The translations under genes and the position numbers were made by a program. From Chiloscyllium plagiosum (Eukaryota), in the NCBI RefSeq assembly GCF_004010195.1, contig NC_057718.1:40254101-40318100 (forward strand): a DNA stretch of 64,000 nt, in the 5' to 3' direction. Positions 37,885 through 49,879 of the stretch are shown here, piece by piece (within the stretch, counting starts at the first letter, position 1; every line of letters begins with the position of its first letter). The notes beneath the pieces were generated by a model. The model saw only the letters and a list, made by a program, of their open reading frames with translations, did not search any database and was not told the DNA's origin.

Positions 37885-38152
37885 TTTTTCCGATATTGAT
37901 TGATGGATGAATGTGGGCCAGGGCACCATGGTCACCTCCCCTGTACTTTGAAGTATATCTTTAAATCTTTCATGCTCACCTCTGAAGGCAGACAGAGCTT
38001 CATTTTTCAATGTCTCATCTGATGGACAGCATTTTCAATAGAGCACTTTGAGTACAGCACTGTGATGTCAGGACTAAATTTTGTGTTGAAATCCTACAGT
38101 GAGATTGTAACTCTCCATTTTGAGGGGCTAGATTGCTCCCAACTGACCCACT
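37885..38152 (-). mobile_element. Degraded Deu-domain (SacSINE1/AmnSINE1-like) SINE
   Basis: aatgtctcatctgatggacagca is the reverse complement of the Deu-core-like tgccgtctttcggatgagacgtt; tRNA-like head at the right end; recognised from memory, not aligned. Confidence 0.5.
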
Positions 38153-38716
38153 GTTGACAAATGGTAATATTAGAATGGTTCATTCAACCAGTAAAATACT
38201 ATGTTTAAGGCTAATAGGTATCCACAAAGGCTGCAATTTGGATATCATGGGCATCAAAAAAGCTAAAATGTCAATAAGGTTTGCAGCCCAAGGTTTAGTA
38301 ATAATCTGCGCATTTATTGTCTGTAAAATTAGTAAACATAAACTCATTATTTGAGGCATTTGGTTGAACTTTATTAAGGTGTACTTTTTTGAGTACAAAG
38401 GAAAGATACTAAATGTGTTCAAACAATTTGCTGTTATCCTGAATATAGACATGTTAGTCAATTATTGCAGCCACAAAGCCCCTCCAAAAAGGGGGTGACA
38501 GCTTGTATGTTAAGTGTTGAAGTGAACAGCTGATATGGTTAACTACCAATTTGAAAGGTGGGAAAAGTACAGTAATTAATTATTAAATTAATGTAGCATG
38601 GTTTATTGAATAAATTAGCTACAAAGTTGCTTTTAACCATAACTAAAGCATTTCAAGATTCAGCAATTTTGTGGTCTTTAGTGTCCCATGTAAAGAGTTT
38701 GATTTAAACAAATCAA

Positions 38717-39035
38717 GGGGGTGGCATGGTGTCTCAGTGGTTAGCACTGCTGTCTCACAGCACCAGGGTCCCAGGATTGATTCCAGCCTTTGGCAACTGT
38801 CTTTATGGAGTTTGCATGTTCTCCCCGTGTCTGCATGGGTTTTCTCCGGGTGCTCCGGTTTCCTCCCAAAATCCAAAGATTGTGCAGGTCTGGTGAATTG
38901 GCCATGCTAAATTGTCCATAATGTTAGGTGTACTCGGCAGAGGGAAATGGGTCTGGGTGGGTTACTCTTCGGAGGGTCGGTGTGGACTGGTTGGGCTGAA
39001 GGGCCTGTTTCCACACTATAGGGAATCTAACCTAA
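38717..39035 (+). mobile_element. Near full-length HE1-like V-SINE
   Basis: tRNA-like head, core ccccgtgtctgcatgggttttctccgggtgctccggtttcctccc, CR1-like tail gggctgaagggcctgtttcc. Confidence 0.9.
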
Positions 39036-39516
39036 ACTATTCTGAATCAACTTGGCAATGACATCACCTTTAGGATCCCAATCTGCATTAGATTTTGTGT
39101 TTTTGGTGTCTGAATCCTCCTTTCTCAAACATCTTTGCTGATGTAATATTCTGGGATTTCATGTCTTTGCTGCTTTTTGACAGTAAATCACTGGAAACTG
39201 ATCATTTTTACATTGAGGTCACTTGGTACTCTGAGCAATCTTATACCCAGACCTCCTGAATGACAGGTTGGGACAATACCACAAGCACCTTTGCTGAGAG
39301 GTCCTGTGTTGCAACAGAGGGCCAAGCCCCACCTGCTCCAGAGGTCTGAAGTATCTACAAGCCCTCTGTTCAGGAAAGCACTGACACCAACTAGCTAAAA
39401 GCGAAGTAGTGTGGGTACTGGAGACCTGAAACAAAAACAGAAGGTGCTGAATAAACTCAGTTGAAACTTTATTGCTGGAACAGCACCGCAGGTCAGGCAG
39501 CATCCAGGGAACAGGA

Positions 39517-39554
39517 GATTCGACGTTTCGGGCACAGGCCCTTCTTCAGGAATC
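39517..39554 (-). ncRNA. Minimal type-I hammerhead motif, left arm
   Basis: Minus strand GATTC-CTGAAGA-A-GGGC ctgt GCCC-GAAAC-GTC-GAATC. Confidence 0.72.
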
Positions 39555-39586
39555 CTGAAGAAGGGCCTGTGCCCGAAACGTCGAAT
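39551..39586 (+). ncRNA. Minimal type-I hammerhead motif, right arm (EPRS1 sense strand; predicted cut after 39582)
   Basis: AATC-CTGAAGA-A-GGGC ctgt GCCC-GAAAC-GTC-GAAT; stem I weakened by one mismatch. Confidence 0.65.
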
Positions 39587-39794
39587 CTCCTGTTCCCTGG
39601 ATGCTGCCTGACCTGCTGTGCTGTTCCAGCAATAAAGTTTCAACTTTGATCTCCAGCATCTGCAGACCTCACTTTCTCCTCGCTGAATAAACTCAGCAGG
39701 TCTGGCAGTAACTGTGAGGAAAGAAACTGTTAACCTTTTGAGTCCAATTTGTCTCTGCTTCCAAACTGACCGCTATCTATTGCTCTGATACCTT

Positions 39795-40454
39795 TGTAAA
39801 ACTGCATGTTGATTTGGTCTACTTCACCAAAAATGCAATGCCTAAATCTATGCTTAAATAAACCTGATGATTTGAGGGCCCATTCCAATATATGCATTCT
39901 AAGTTTAGACCGGATTAATTTTGAACAAAAAACTGATTAAGTAATGGTTAGTTCTTGAAGGCAAAAGGATAAGGTGTGTAACATTCCAGCTAATTCCAGT
40001 CTGGCATCCTAGCACATGCACGTGAGCATGCACACCCACGAACCCACCCCATTGGGGTCTTGTAACAGCGCATTCAGGTGATGACGAGACAAATTTGACC
40101 AGAAATCTTTTTATGGAATTGCTTTTTCAGCTTCTCTGTCACCTTTTGGAATCCTAAAAGGAATTCTTCAGAAATGTGGCAAAGGACTTCATAGGCTCCA
40201 CCCTAAACCCAGTTTTAAACAGAAACAAATTTGTCACAGCTTCTGATGACCATGAAATCAGACATGTGATTTCCAAAAAAAATCCAAGTAGTTAAGTAAG
40301 GTATGTGACTTTCCAGAAGAAGCTTTGAGAAAGTGTCCCACCTTCTAATAATCGTGACCAGTTAAGTTCAAACACATCAGAACTCCAAATGAACCAGTTT
40401 TCACAATCCCTTGGACCTGAATTGTCAAAAATAACAATAAGTATCTTCATAACA
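39795..40454. mobile_element. Possible solo LTR; a related partial copy lies at ~45540-45974
   Basis: cctt|tgtaaaac...tcttcataaca|ccta (TSD with one mismatch); shares aatggttagttctt and ttttcacaatcc...tatcttcataaca with 45784-45974. Confidence 0.5.
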
Positions 40455-40486
40455 CCTATCTTCAAAGTTGCAGAAATGAATCCTTA

Positions 40487-40868
40487 GGTTTGATAATGGT
40501 ATTATCTATAGACTACTAATCCAGAAACTCAGCTAATGTTCTCTGGATAAGCATTTGAATCCAGAAGGCAGATACTGGAATTGAATTAAATAAAAATCTG
40601 TAATAAAAATTCTAATGACCATGAAATTATTGTCAATTGTTGGAAAAATCCATTTGGTTCACTAATGTCCTTCAGGGAAGGAAATCTACCACCCTCACCT
40701 GGTCTGACCTACATGTGACTCCAGACCCACAGCAATGCGGTTGATGCGCAATTGGCCTGTGAAATAGCCTAGGAAACCATTTTGTTGCATCGGTCACCAA
40801 GGGCTACTAGGGACGGACAATAAATCCTGATCACCTGGTGATGCCCACATCTCTCAAATGAATTTTTA
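40487..40868 (+). mobile_element. tRNA-derived SINE (second family)
   Basis: tRNA-like head (aatggtattatctatagactactaatccaga...tttgaatcc), core ggttcactaatgtccttcagggaaggaaatct, LINE-like tail. Confidence 0.6.
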
Positions 40869-41017
40869 AAAAATAAATCACATGTAGATTAATATTTAAC
40901 ATATTGACCCATTCATTCTCATTTAATATATAAATATAACTAATGTCTAGTATTATTTTTGGTGCTCAGATAATTCACAGCAAAATTTCCAGTCAAAGCA
41001 TGAGAAATCACATTGTC

Positions 41018-42579
41018 CATAGAACAATACAGCACAGAACAGGCCCTTCGGCCCACAATGTTGTGCCGAACATTTGTCCTAGCTTAAGCACCCATCCATG
41101 TACCTATCCAATTGCCGCTTAAAGGTCACCAAAGATTCTGACTCTACCACTTCCACAGGCAGCGCATTCCATGCCCCCACCACTCTCTGGGTAAAGAACC
41201 CACCCCTGACATCTCCCCTATACCTTCCACCCTTCACCTTAAATTTATGTCCCCTTGTAACACTCTGTTGCACCCGGGGAAAAAGTTTCTGACTGTCTAC
41301 TCTATCTATTCCTCTGGTCATCTTATAAACTTCTATCAAGTCACCCCTCATCCTTCGCCGTTCCAACGAGAAAAGGCCTAGCACTCTCTACCTATCCTCA
41401 TACGACCTATTCACCATTCCAGGCAACATCCTGGTAAATCTTCTCTGCACCCTCTCCAAAGCTTCCACATCTTTCCTAAAGTGAGGCGACCAGAACTGCA
41501 CACAGTACTCCAAATGTAACATCACTTCACGACTCTTGAATTCAATCCCTCTGCTAATGAATGCTAATACACCATAAGCCTTCTTACAAGCTCTATCCAC
41601 CTGAGTGGCAACTTTCAAAGATCTATGAACATAGACCCCAAGATCCCTCTGTTCCTCCACCTCACTAAGAACCCTACCGTTAACCCCTGTATTCCGCATT
41701 CTTATTTGTCTTTCCAAAATGGACAACCTCACACTTGGCAGGGTTGAACTCCATCTGCCACTCCTCAGCCCAGCTCTGCATCATATCTAAGTCTCTTTGC
41801 AGCCGACAACAGCCCTCCTCACTGTCCACAACTCCACCAACCTTCGTATCATCTGCAAATTTACTGACCCACCCTTCAACTCCCTNNNNNNNNNNNNNNN
41901 NNNNNNNNNNNNNNNNNNNNNNNNNNNNNNNNNNNNNNNNNNNNNNNNNNNNNNNNNNNNNNNNNNNNNNNNNNNNNNNNNNNNNNNNNNNNNNNNNNNN
42001 NNNNNNNNNNNNNNNNNNNNNNNNNNNNNNNNNNACCCTTCACAAATTCGTGCTGGCTGTCCCTAATCAAGCAGTGCCTTTTCAGATACTCATAAATCCT
42101 ATCCCTCAGTACCCTTTCCATTACTTTGCCTACCACCGAAGTAAGACTAACTGGCCTGTAATTCCCGGGGTTATCCCCTATTCCCTTTTTTGAACAGGGG
42201 CACAACATTCGCCACTCTCCATTCCCCTGGTACCACCCCTGTTGACAGTGAAGACGAAAAGATCATTGCCAACGGCACTGCAATTTCCTCTCTTGCTTCC
42301 CACATAATCCTAGGATATATCCCGTCAGGCCCGGGGGACTTGTCTGTCCTCAAGTTGTTCAAAATGTCCAACACATCTTCCTTCCTAACAAGTATCTCCT
42401 CTAGCTTACCAGTCCGTTTCACACTCTCCTCTTCAACAATACGGTCCCTCTCGTTCGTGAATACTGAAGAAAAGTACTCATTCAAGACCTCTCCTATCTC
42501 TTCCGACTCAATACACAGTCTCCCACTACTGTCCTTGATCGGACCTACCCTTGTTCTCGTCATTCTCATGTTTCTCATA
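41018..42579 (-). mobile_element. 5'-truncated CR1 LINE (young subfamily) containing an assembly gap
   Basis: ORFs with DKSPGPDGIYPR, PGNYRPVSLTSVVGK, HLEYCVQFWSPH, RRMRGDLIEVYK. Confidence 0.95.
41886..42034. other. Assembly gap (149 N)
   Basis: N run. Confidence 1.
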
Positions 42580-45396
42580 TTGCAGAGGAAAACAATCTGT
42601 TAAGGGCTATAATCATAAAATCCATAGAAGCAGTCTGACATTGTGGTTTTTTAAAAATTATCTATTAAGGCTGGTGGGATGATCAGTTTATACCATTGTT
42701 TTCAGTAGCCATGACTGCCACATACTTGAAAATCTTTAAGAGCCAATATCAAACCCAGGAGCTCTTTTCCATTGTGGCGTATTTTTTTGTGATTTAGCTT
42801 TGTAAAAAATAACCAACTAGCTTCTGTGTGCCTCTCGTATGTAGAACTGAACTTACTCCCAGGCCATGGTATCAATTGTTACCTTGATGAAGTTTGTGAT
42901 GACCAGCTTTGATTCACTTATTAAAATTGCTTTCAGCCTCCTAAGATGCTTGTTACTGTCCTGCACTCCACCTTGGTTTTCAGTGGAGCAGCTGTGCTGA
43001 GGCTGTTTGTTACAAACTTGTGGAAGGAACCACACATCCCCAATTGGTGGAGCTTCTTGTTCCCAAGAATCAATGCTTGTACAGTTGCTGTTATTGACAA
43101 CATTTGCATTCACCTTGCAATGTATCTGACGTAGGTTACACATTTTTGCACATTTACTTTTGACAAGGTTTACTTCACCACCACATCAACTAACAATTTC
43201 TAAATGAAGCTTCTAGTTATTCCAGGTAGTCCTTCCAGGTATCAAAGTATCCCTGTATATCAAGCTAAACCACATAGTTAGGAATGTTGGCTACCAATTA
43301 GTTCATCAATTGGTGGGAACTTTCTGCTGTATTTTTAGCCTGCATGTTATCACTCAGCATTGGAAAAAATAAAGGCTGATGTTTTTTTTAGTCTTGTTTC
43401 TGGTGTTAAGAGAACTTGCTAGTATCTCTTTTACAAACCTATGTTACTCAGAAATCTGGCACTGTCAACTCTTTTATATTAAAATCTTCTAAGTGAGGAA
43501 TTGGTTAAGAGTTTGCCTTTATTACTGTTGGACCATTCTGTAGTCTGCAGAACCTGGTTGAAACATTGGACTTAAGCACACAAGAAAACTGAGGAACTGC
43601 AGCTGCTTTGACTGCAATCAATGGTGTTTTCAGTATTTCATGTATTTCTGCTTTAATCTGGGCTTGTTTCTCCGGACTTAAATAGTGAGGATGCTATTTT
43701 TTTTTTGGAGGGAATTCTTTTGCAACCACATGATGTAAGACTAATGGTGTACACCCTGGTTTGGTCCCTATAGAATCAATTTAAATTCTGAGCACCCTTG
43801 TTCGACCTCATTCTGTATCTAAATGTGAAAGCGTGGTTCTAACTTCTATATAGTTTGGTTCAATTTTGAAATTGTCTAGGTCTTCCTTTCTCTATTCCTC
43901 ACTATCTCTTTTGACTACCTGATGAAACCCATGCATCCTTAACCACCTCCTGGTGTTGGTATTAAAAATATTGATGTGGCATGGCACAGCTGATCTTTTT
44001 TTCTGGCAACCTGCGTTGTCAGTCAAATCATTTACATTCTCAGTCCTTTCTCTGTCCTATATGAACCACTGAACTATGTTCAATGCTGTTTTAAAGCCTG
44101 TTCTGTCTATAGGTAATACGCTGTGGACTTTAACTGTGTTACACACAGCCTACTCAAATTCTGAAGTTTTAGACACAAAATTAGAGGCTTGATCTGACTG
44201 GATCTCCATCAGAATTCCATATCGCAAAGGAACTGAACTAACCTTTGCTATTGCCTCAGAAATTTGTTCTCAAGAAAACATAGTAGCCATATCCATAATA
44301 GTAAGGATATAGTTGGTTCCCTTTTGGTTAAGACCCCACAGGGGCTGTCAACACGCTATAAAGTGGTTCCACGTAAAGTTGATATGGGGTTTAGAGATGT
44401 TTGCTTGTTTGCTGGTGTAGTCTTCCTACAATCTGTGACATATAAAGAATTTTACAATATTGTAATACATTCTTATGATGTCTTGGCCAGTAAGAATCTT
44501 GACTAATATAAACTCGGTCTTCCAGATCACTTAATGACTCAGGATGGGATTTTCATGTCCTTAATATCTCTCTGTATTTGGATGGCACCAGTATTAGCTG
44601 AAACATCATTAACTTGTCCTCTGGTTTGTGAGGAGGTCTCGGCTTCCTCAACACAATCATCTTTTTAATATAGGAGCATTTCAGAACTCTATCTGATTCA
44701 CTTCTGGTTTGAGTAGATTGGCTTACAGAACTTGGATCAGAGAAACCTTATTGGATATTTCCTTTGATTGACCAAAACCCCAAAGAATGTTTCAGATTGG
44801 CAAATACTACTTGGGTCTCTATGCATGAAAGTTCTGGAATGTTTTTCTTCTGCAAGTTTTTTTTTCTTTTCCATAAGTTAACGCTTTCTCATTTCTAACT
44901 TTTTCTTCTTTTTCCATTTTCTGTTCTATTTCATGCTGCTCATCTACAGTTATATTCTAGCCATTTCAACTGAATTATCATCTGGATTGTTTTTTTTTAC
45001 CCAAATTCAAATGCTATGCTATTATCTCACTTGTGCCTGCTTTATTCGACTCTATATTGAACTCTAAGTCCATTTTTATTCTGCTGATCCAATTATCCTG
45101 ATCTTTAGCGAATCACTCAGGGGTATAAGTTCCCTTGGAAAGGATTATGGCAACTGTCAAAAAAATTGATTTTTATCACCATTAATGTACAAGAAACCCG
45201 GAATTGTTCCCTTTATCTTTTTCAGTTATTACTGCTCCATTTCTGATTTTGGTTTTGGGTGATCTGGTACTACAACTGTTGTTGGAGAAGTGCCCTCTCT
45301 CCTGCTCTCCCTCCTGCCCCCTCTACCTTGTCCTACTACTCCACTGGTCACAACATAAATTTAAATGCTCTACTTAGATACTGATATGACTAATTA

Positions 45397-45533
45397 CAGA
45401 GGAACCTCTATTATCCGGCATTCGATTATCTGAACAAGATCACAAATTCCCAATGCTTGGCTAAACTGTGTTATCCGGCATTCCAAACAAAATATTCCTC
45501 GCCTGTGTCGTTCGGATAATCGAGGTTCCTCTG
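45397..45533 (+). mobile_element. Tigger-derived MITE (137 bp), TA TSD
   Basis: TA|cagaggaacctctattatccg...cggataatcgaggttcctctg|TA; TIR matches the right end of the Tigger at 28075-28094. Confidence 0.92.
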
Positions 45534-46067
45534 TATTTGCTTTAATAATATTAGGTTTAGCATGAAAACATCAATCAACCAGAGCTTCTCAATAAACAAC
45601 AAAATTAGCGATTTACTAAATATGTGTTGCTTGTTTTACAAGGATGCAATTAAGAGTGAAAATGCAAATACTTATCCTTTGAAGTAGCTCATCACGCATG
45701 CACATGCACACACGAGGTTAAGGAAAATAGAGAAATTTTCTGTTTAATTTAGTTTAATTTTGTAGAAAACACTTTGGCCCAATAATGGTTAGTTCTTTAA
45801 GGATAAAATGTAAATTGTTCCAGGCTCTTGCAGTTTGTCATCCTTTTGCATGTGGTTACTAGACACACAAAAAATCAGGTACACTTATTTTATTAGTACT
45901 CCAAATGAGCCAATTTTCACAATCCTTTAGTGATGAGTCCTCAAAATATCAGTAAAGGAAATATCTTCATAACATGCTGAACCAGTTTTGAAAGCACAAA
46001 ACTGGCTCCTATCTAAATTATAGATATATGAAGTTTGTGATTTAAGAACTTTTTTTTTAATCAACAG

Positions 46068-46207
46068 AAAGTAGCCTTTGTCAGCAGCAACTAGGTCAGA
46101 ATAAGCTATCCACTCATGTTAAACGCTGGTACAACTTCCTTGGTGCTCAGAATGCATTTCAGTCTGTGTGTACAAAATGGGCAACAGTAACTCCACAGAA
46201 TACAATG
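46068..46207 (+). CDS. EPRS1: EPRS1 exon 5 ([47 protein letters not shown])
   Basis: aacag|AA...ATG|gtaagt; 140 nt; HVKRW motif. Confidence 0.94.
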
Positions 46208-47090
46208 GTAAGTCTGCGTTTTTCTAAAATCTTGTGACTGATGAGCTGTCCCACAGAAATGATTAACTGTCAGTTTATCAGATCTGAGTTTTCATTCTGA
46301 TTCCTAATTGTAATACCTTTTGTTCATCTTTCCCAGGATTTCTTCTTTTATTGAGCATTCGTATTTTAGTTGGCTGGCTCATTTCATTAATCTTAGAGCT
46401 GTATCTGTCTGCAATTACATTTAATTTGTAAAACTTACAATATTAATGTATGAATACAACTGTATACAGAACAGTTGCTTGAGTTTGAAAAAAGTTTGAT
46501 GCTACAGTATCCAGAGTTCCAGTGCATTGTTAACCAACAGGAATCATAGGTGGAAACATTACCATGGTTATTCCCTATATCAACAGGGCTTCTATTAGAA
46601 GGAACTTGTCTGGAGTTTGGAATAATTTGATGAGTCTGTTACCCTGAGTTGCTCTGACTTCAGGTGGCTTCAGAGCAACATTGGCATATGTGTACAGTCT
46701 CTCTTTTATTTTTGGCATCTTGCCTTGGTCAGAGTGGCATGTGGCAATGGGAAATGTTGGATTTTCAAAGAACATAATAAAATACAGAACAAATCACTTG
46801 GCAGTTTCATACTAGTTCTAATCAAGTTTTGTCAGTAAGTTGATAGTGAGTCCAGTGATCATCAGCCAGTTCAATTTGGAGAAGTCTGAGTTGCTCAGTC
46901 ATATATTTTACGGAATCGATACTCCACAAAACGTTTTTTTTAAAAAGTCTGTGACCTTGAATGCATTTCAATTTAGCCTTTGTATGATTTTTGCTTCAAA
47001 AAAAGGTTTAAATTGGATAGATCAGCTTCTTTATTTAGGATTAGGATTTTATTTAATATTGTTTTAAACAAATGTTTGTAATTTGTGTAG

Positions 47091-47185
47091 ATGAATGAGA
47101 AGAAAGAGGATCGTGGAAAATTTGTTGATCTGCCTGGTGCAGAAATTGGGAAAGTGGTAGTAAGATTTCCACCTGAGGCCAGTGG
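47091..47185 (+). CDS. EPRS1: EPRS1 exon 6 ([32 protein letters not shown])
   Basis: tgtag|ATG...GG|gtgagt; 95 nt; RFPPEASG motif of GluRS. Confidence 0.97.
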
Positions 47186-48469
47186 GTGAGTGGATAGATT
47201 CAAATTTTCTATTTTGTAATAAAACCTTAAACTGCTTTAACTTTGTTTGCACCAACTAGTGGCAAGTCATCCAACTGTAGGCTTGGAATTACTTGAAATG
47301 ATCTAAAAAGCATGCACATGAAAAATACGTTTAAAATTAACATTTTTTTAATGTCAGTTGTTGCCTACTTGTGATGTCAAAGTACTGAATTAGGAATAAA
47401 AAGTGGTGAGGGGGAAGAATTGTGGTTTTAAGATACTGAACATAATGGGGAGAAACGGAATGTTTAAATGTGAACGTAGCTCAGTAAATGAAACAGTTCT
47501 GTCATGGGAGAGAAATGCAAATCAAAAATAGTGATTACAAGGAGAAAGAATCTGAGTAATGAAATTGCAATAGAACTGGATGATCAAAAGTTTGGCTCCT
47601 TTTTAGTGGGAAGAACTGATTCCAAATTGTATTAGCTTAACTGCTTCTCTGTCTGCATGTTTATTCAGTATGTGCTTTTCAACAAAGAAGCTGTGTGGGA
47701 TTTATAAACGGAGATTTATAAAGAGCAAAGTATATTCTTTCAACATGACAAATCTATTTTGAAACGTTAGGTTGAGTTGTGCTCGCAAGCTGCAGCAAAT
47801 GGTGACTTGTGCAGGCTGAGATGGTGTTAGTTAACTCAATCTGCCTGCTTCAATCGTCTGATATGATTGAAGCAGAAAATTTCAGGAAATTCTGGAGAAA
47901 ATATATAACAACAGTATTTCTCAGGCATTCAACAGATGTCATACGACACTTTGTAAATTCCATTTAAATATCCATTTACAATTGAGGTTATTCATTCCAC
48001 CAGGAATGCGAAAGTACAGTTGTCATATTTGCCATTAACTCAAATAAATATAGGAAGGAGTTTGCCATCCATGTGCATGGAGAATCCCTCGTCATAAACA
48101 AATTCATTATACCCTTTCTATTAATCCATCTTGTATCAGTTATCCATTGTACTTGGATAACTGTTCTGAAATGGAACGGTAATATCTCCTTTATTTGGTA
48201 GGCTGTACTTGATAATTGAAAACTATTTTTATGGGAAAGTTGGAATACAATATCCTTTTGGAAGGAGTTTGTAAAATGCTTGCTTGAGCCCTAAATTTAC
48301 AATTTTTCTTTGTCACCTCCTGGCATGTCCAAGCTCAGTTAGTCCATGAGATTCCCGCCACCTCTACTTCTTGATCTACAAGTTGTGAATGGTTCTCTCT
48401 CTTTTGGATTTGCCATCATATTTTGGGGGAGTAAACTCTTTTTCCCACAACCATTGTGAGCCATCACCC

Positions 48470-49870
48470 TACCTTCAACCTCTCTTTCCACTCCAAAGCC
48501 TTTGAATTTGTTCTTGCCTCTCAAGTCTATACCCACCTTTACTGAAACTCCGTATTTTATTCCTTCCAGTCAGGGTTCCACAAATGCCACTGTGCCAAAA
48601 CAACTCTTAATAACAACACAAGTGACATCTTATGTGACTCTGAAGATAACTGTCCTTCTCCATCCTTTCTGATCTAATTGTAGCTCATGTCATGGTTAAT
48701 CACATCATGGTCCTAATCAGCCTATTCAGAGCAGATGTGATTTGAACCCTATCAGATTAGGACTTTACCATCACGCCATAAGAATCCAGACATCATTGTC
48801 CATCAAAACCTCTCTACTGACGATCACCTTGCAGGAATGGCTCTCGTGGTTTCAATCTCATCTCATCTAATTATAGCAAGAAATGGTTGCTGTGGCTTCT
48901 TTTCTCTTACACTGGTGTCCCTGTTGTATCCCAAAGATCTGTTCTTGACTCCAATTATTTCACATTCAATCATCGTTCTTAGCCAACCTTATGCTTTCAT
49001 CTGATTGTTACCATTCATATGTTTGCTGACAACCTGCAACTTTAACTCACCACCCCATCTCTTGGCTTCTCTGCTGTTGCTAAATTCCATTTCCACCATC
49101 CAGTACAAGATGAGCCGAAATTTTCTCCAATTAAATGTTAAGCAAACTGAGGCCACTGTTTTTGGTTCCTGTTTTGTTTCCTACATACTGACTCTCTTCT
49201 GGTCCCTGGGAATAGTCTGAAGCGGAACAAGCCTGTTTACACCCTTTGTGGAATATTTGACTCTATTGCTGTTCCTGTTCCTGTTCCTGTCTCTTTCAGT
49301 CTTTTCCACCTGATCACAATGACTTCTGGAACAATGCTCAATTTTGCCCTCTATCAGCACATCCACTGCTGAAATTTGTAATCATGCCTTTCTTACCTCT
49401 AGACTTGACTTTTCTGGTGCACTCTTCTCTGGTCTCCAACATTCTTTTCTCTGCAAATTTGAAGTCCTCCAACTATTCATCTGTCACAACTGTGCTTGCT
49501 GACTTGCATTGGCTCCTGGTCAAAAAATGCCTTGAAATTAAAACTTGTCTTTGTTTTCAAATACCTACATAGGGTACCCTTTCTTATTTGTGTAATCACA
49601 CCTAACTCCACAACCACCCATGATATTCTGGTCTTCTAAATACCCCTGATTTAAATCGCTGCATCATTACTGGCCATGCCTTGAGCTGCATAAACTCAAA
49701 CTCCAAAGCTCAGCAATTCTCTCTTATCATCCCTCCCTGTCTACTGTTTGTTTCTGCTTTCTGAACACTGTCAGAAATCTACTTCTTTGATCGTGCTTCT
49801 GGTCATTGGGTGGCTTGATGTTATATTTTGCTTTATAATGCTCTTGTAAGAAGTTTTAAGACTTTTTATT
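48470..49870 (+). mobile_element. Degraded L2-type LINE (RT to 3' end)
   Basis: ttccagtcagggttcc (QSGF), ttttctccaattaaatgttaagcaaactgaggcc (cf. LQLNxxKTE), gacttgcattggctc (LHWL); boundaries approximate. Confidence 0.6.
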
Positions 49871-49879
49871 ATGTTTCAT

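Larger units (their letters stand above)
39461..39681 (+). mobile_element. Young palindromic Penelope family A mini-element: 91-bp inverted arms, back-to-back hammerheads, 36-nt tail, perfect 15-bp TSD
   Basis: TSD gctgaataaactcag at 39446-39460 and 39682-39696; arms 39460-39550 / 39554-39644 with one mismatch. Confidence 0.93.

Noticed and set aside
38717..38790. tRNA-like sequence (also at 13781 and 56363)
   Set aside because: SINE heads continuing into SINE core and tail; no complete cloverleaf.
39395..39649. Near-identical ORFs on both strands (MKLYCWNSTAGQ...)
   Set aside because: A by-product of the palindrome, not coding.
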